64,000 nt of DNA. Origin: Octopus vulgaris. Lineage: Eukaryota. The DNA is taken from NCBI GenBank assembly GCA_951406725.2, contig OX597819.1:48856001-48920000 (forward strand). Direction: 5' to 3'. Of the stretch, positions 63,236 to 64,000 are shown piece by piece. The stretch's first letter is position 1; each line of letters starts with the position of its first letter. A program made the translations under genes and the position numbers. The notes beneath the pieces were generated by a model. That model did not search any database and was not told where the DNA came from. It was given only the letters and a program-made list of their open reading frames with translations.

Positions 63236-63592
63236 CACACACACACACACACACACACATCTGTTCATAAGCCTTTTATATATTTGAGTGATTTCTACAT
63301 GTTTTGAGGGGAGGGTTATTCATTTGTATTTATGGTGGTTATTTATTTAATGCACCAAGCCAGTAATATGCATGGTTTTATACATGGGCATTGATATTAT
63401 CTCATCTTTTTTTGTTGTTGTTTTTTTAGACATGATTCATGCTGTGTACATTTGTGAAGGTGCAGCTTCAGATTTGACTCCAAGTGCACATACACACTAC
63501 ATATATGCATTTCCACATGCACATACATATGCTGTGCTGTCTCATACAATGCAGCATATGCAGGTTTGCGTATGCACATATACTTTTGGTTG

Positions 63593-63627
<35 letters not shown>

Positions 63628-64000
63628 ACTTTTATACAACTCATCCATTCTGGAAATATAAATATTTCTTTGTAAAGACAACAGTGAATAATGGTGATGA
63701 TAGATTTCCTAAAATGTTATGAATCAATAAAAATAAAAAGGAAAAAAACTAGACATTCTGATACAATAATGTAAAGTGCTTTCTGAAATATAATATTGTC
63801 CTAGAACTTTTCAATATATTGTCTGTCTTTAGGAAATAAAATGGCCATCAGTCTTTTTCTTTGTAATTTTATGTATTTGTAAAATATTATATAGTAGTTT
63901 TATAAAATCCTAGAAAAATAGAGCAGTACATTATATAAATAAAAATGATTTCAGTTATTTTTATTTATGATCATATGTCTCTCTCTCTCTCTCTCTCTCT

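Overview
This is AT-rich eukaryotic genomic DNA dominated by repeats. The SINE and LINE repertoire and kb-long (TA)/(TATG) tracts look most like an octopus or other coleoid cephalopod (inference). I cannot support any intact protein-coding gene, and all long ORFs in the track are microsatellite read-throughs. The window is a mosaic of tRNA-derived SINEs (at least 3 families, often nested with TSDs), RTE LINE fragments and many RTE 3' tails, a CR1-type LINE end, and decayed mariner, pogo, Gypsy and Penelope coding remnants. It also holds hAT, MULE, piggyBac and Tc1-like MITEs and a CpG-rich promoter-like region near 16.8-18.1 kb. Four observations stand out. (1) A ~2 kb composite non-autonomous Helitron is duplicated head-to-tail with an exact CTAG|TC junction (8883-12865), consistent with rolling-circle read-through capturing host DNA in situ. 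(2) Several sequence-unrelated long palindromes carry minimal hammerhead-ribozyme motifs of the Penelope type, some with variant cores. (3) A ~60-bp tandem repeat in an RTE 3' region has units predicted to fold as a pseudoknot plus a hairpin, with compensatory changes. (4) A mariner fragment and an RTE tail appear to have been inserted as one unit into a palindrome arm.
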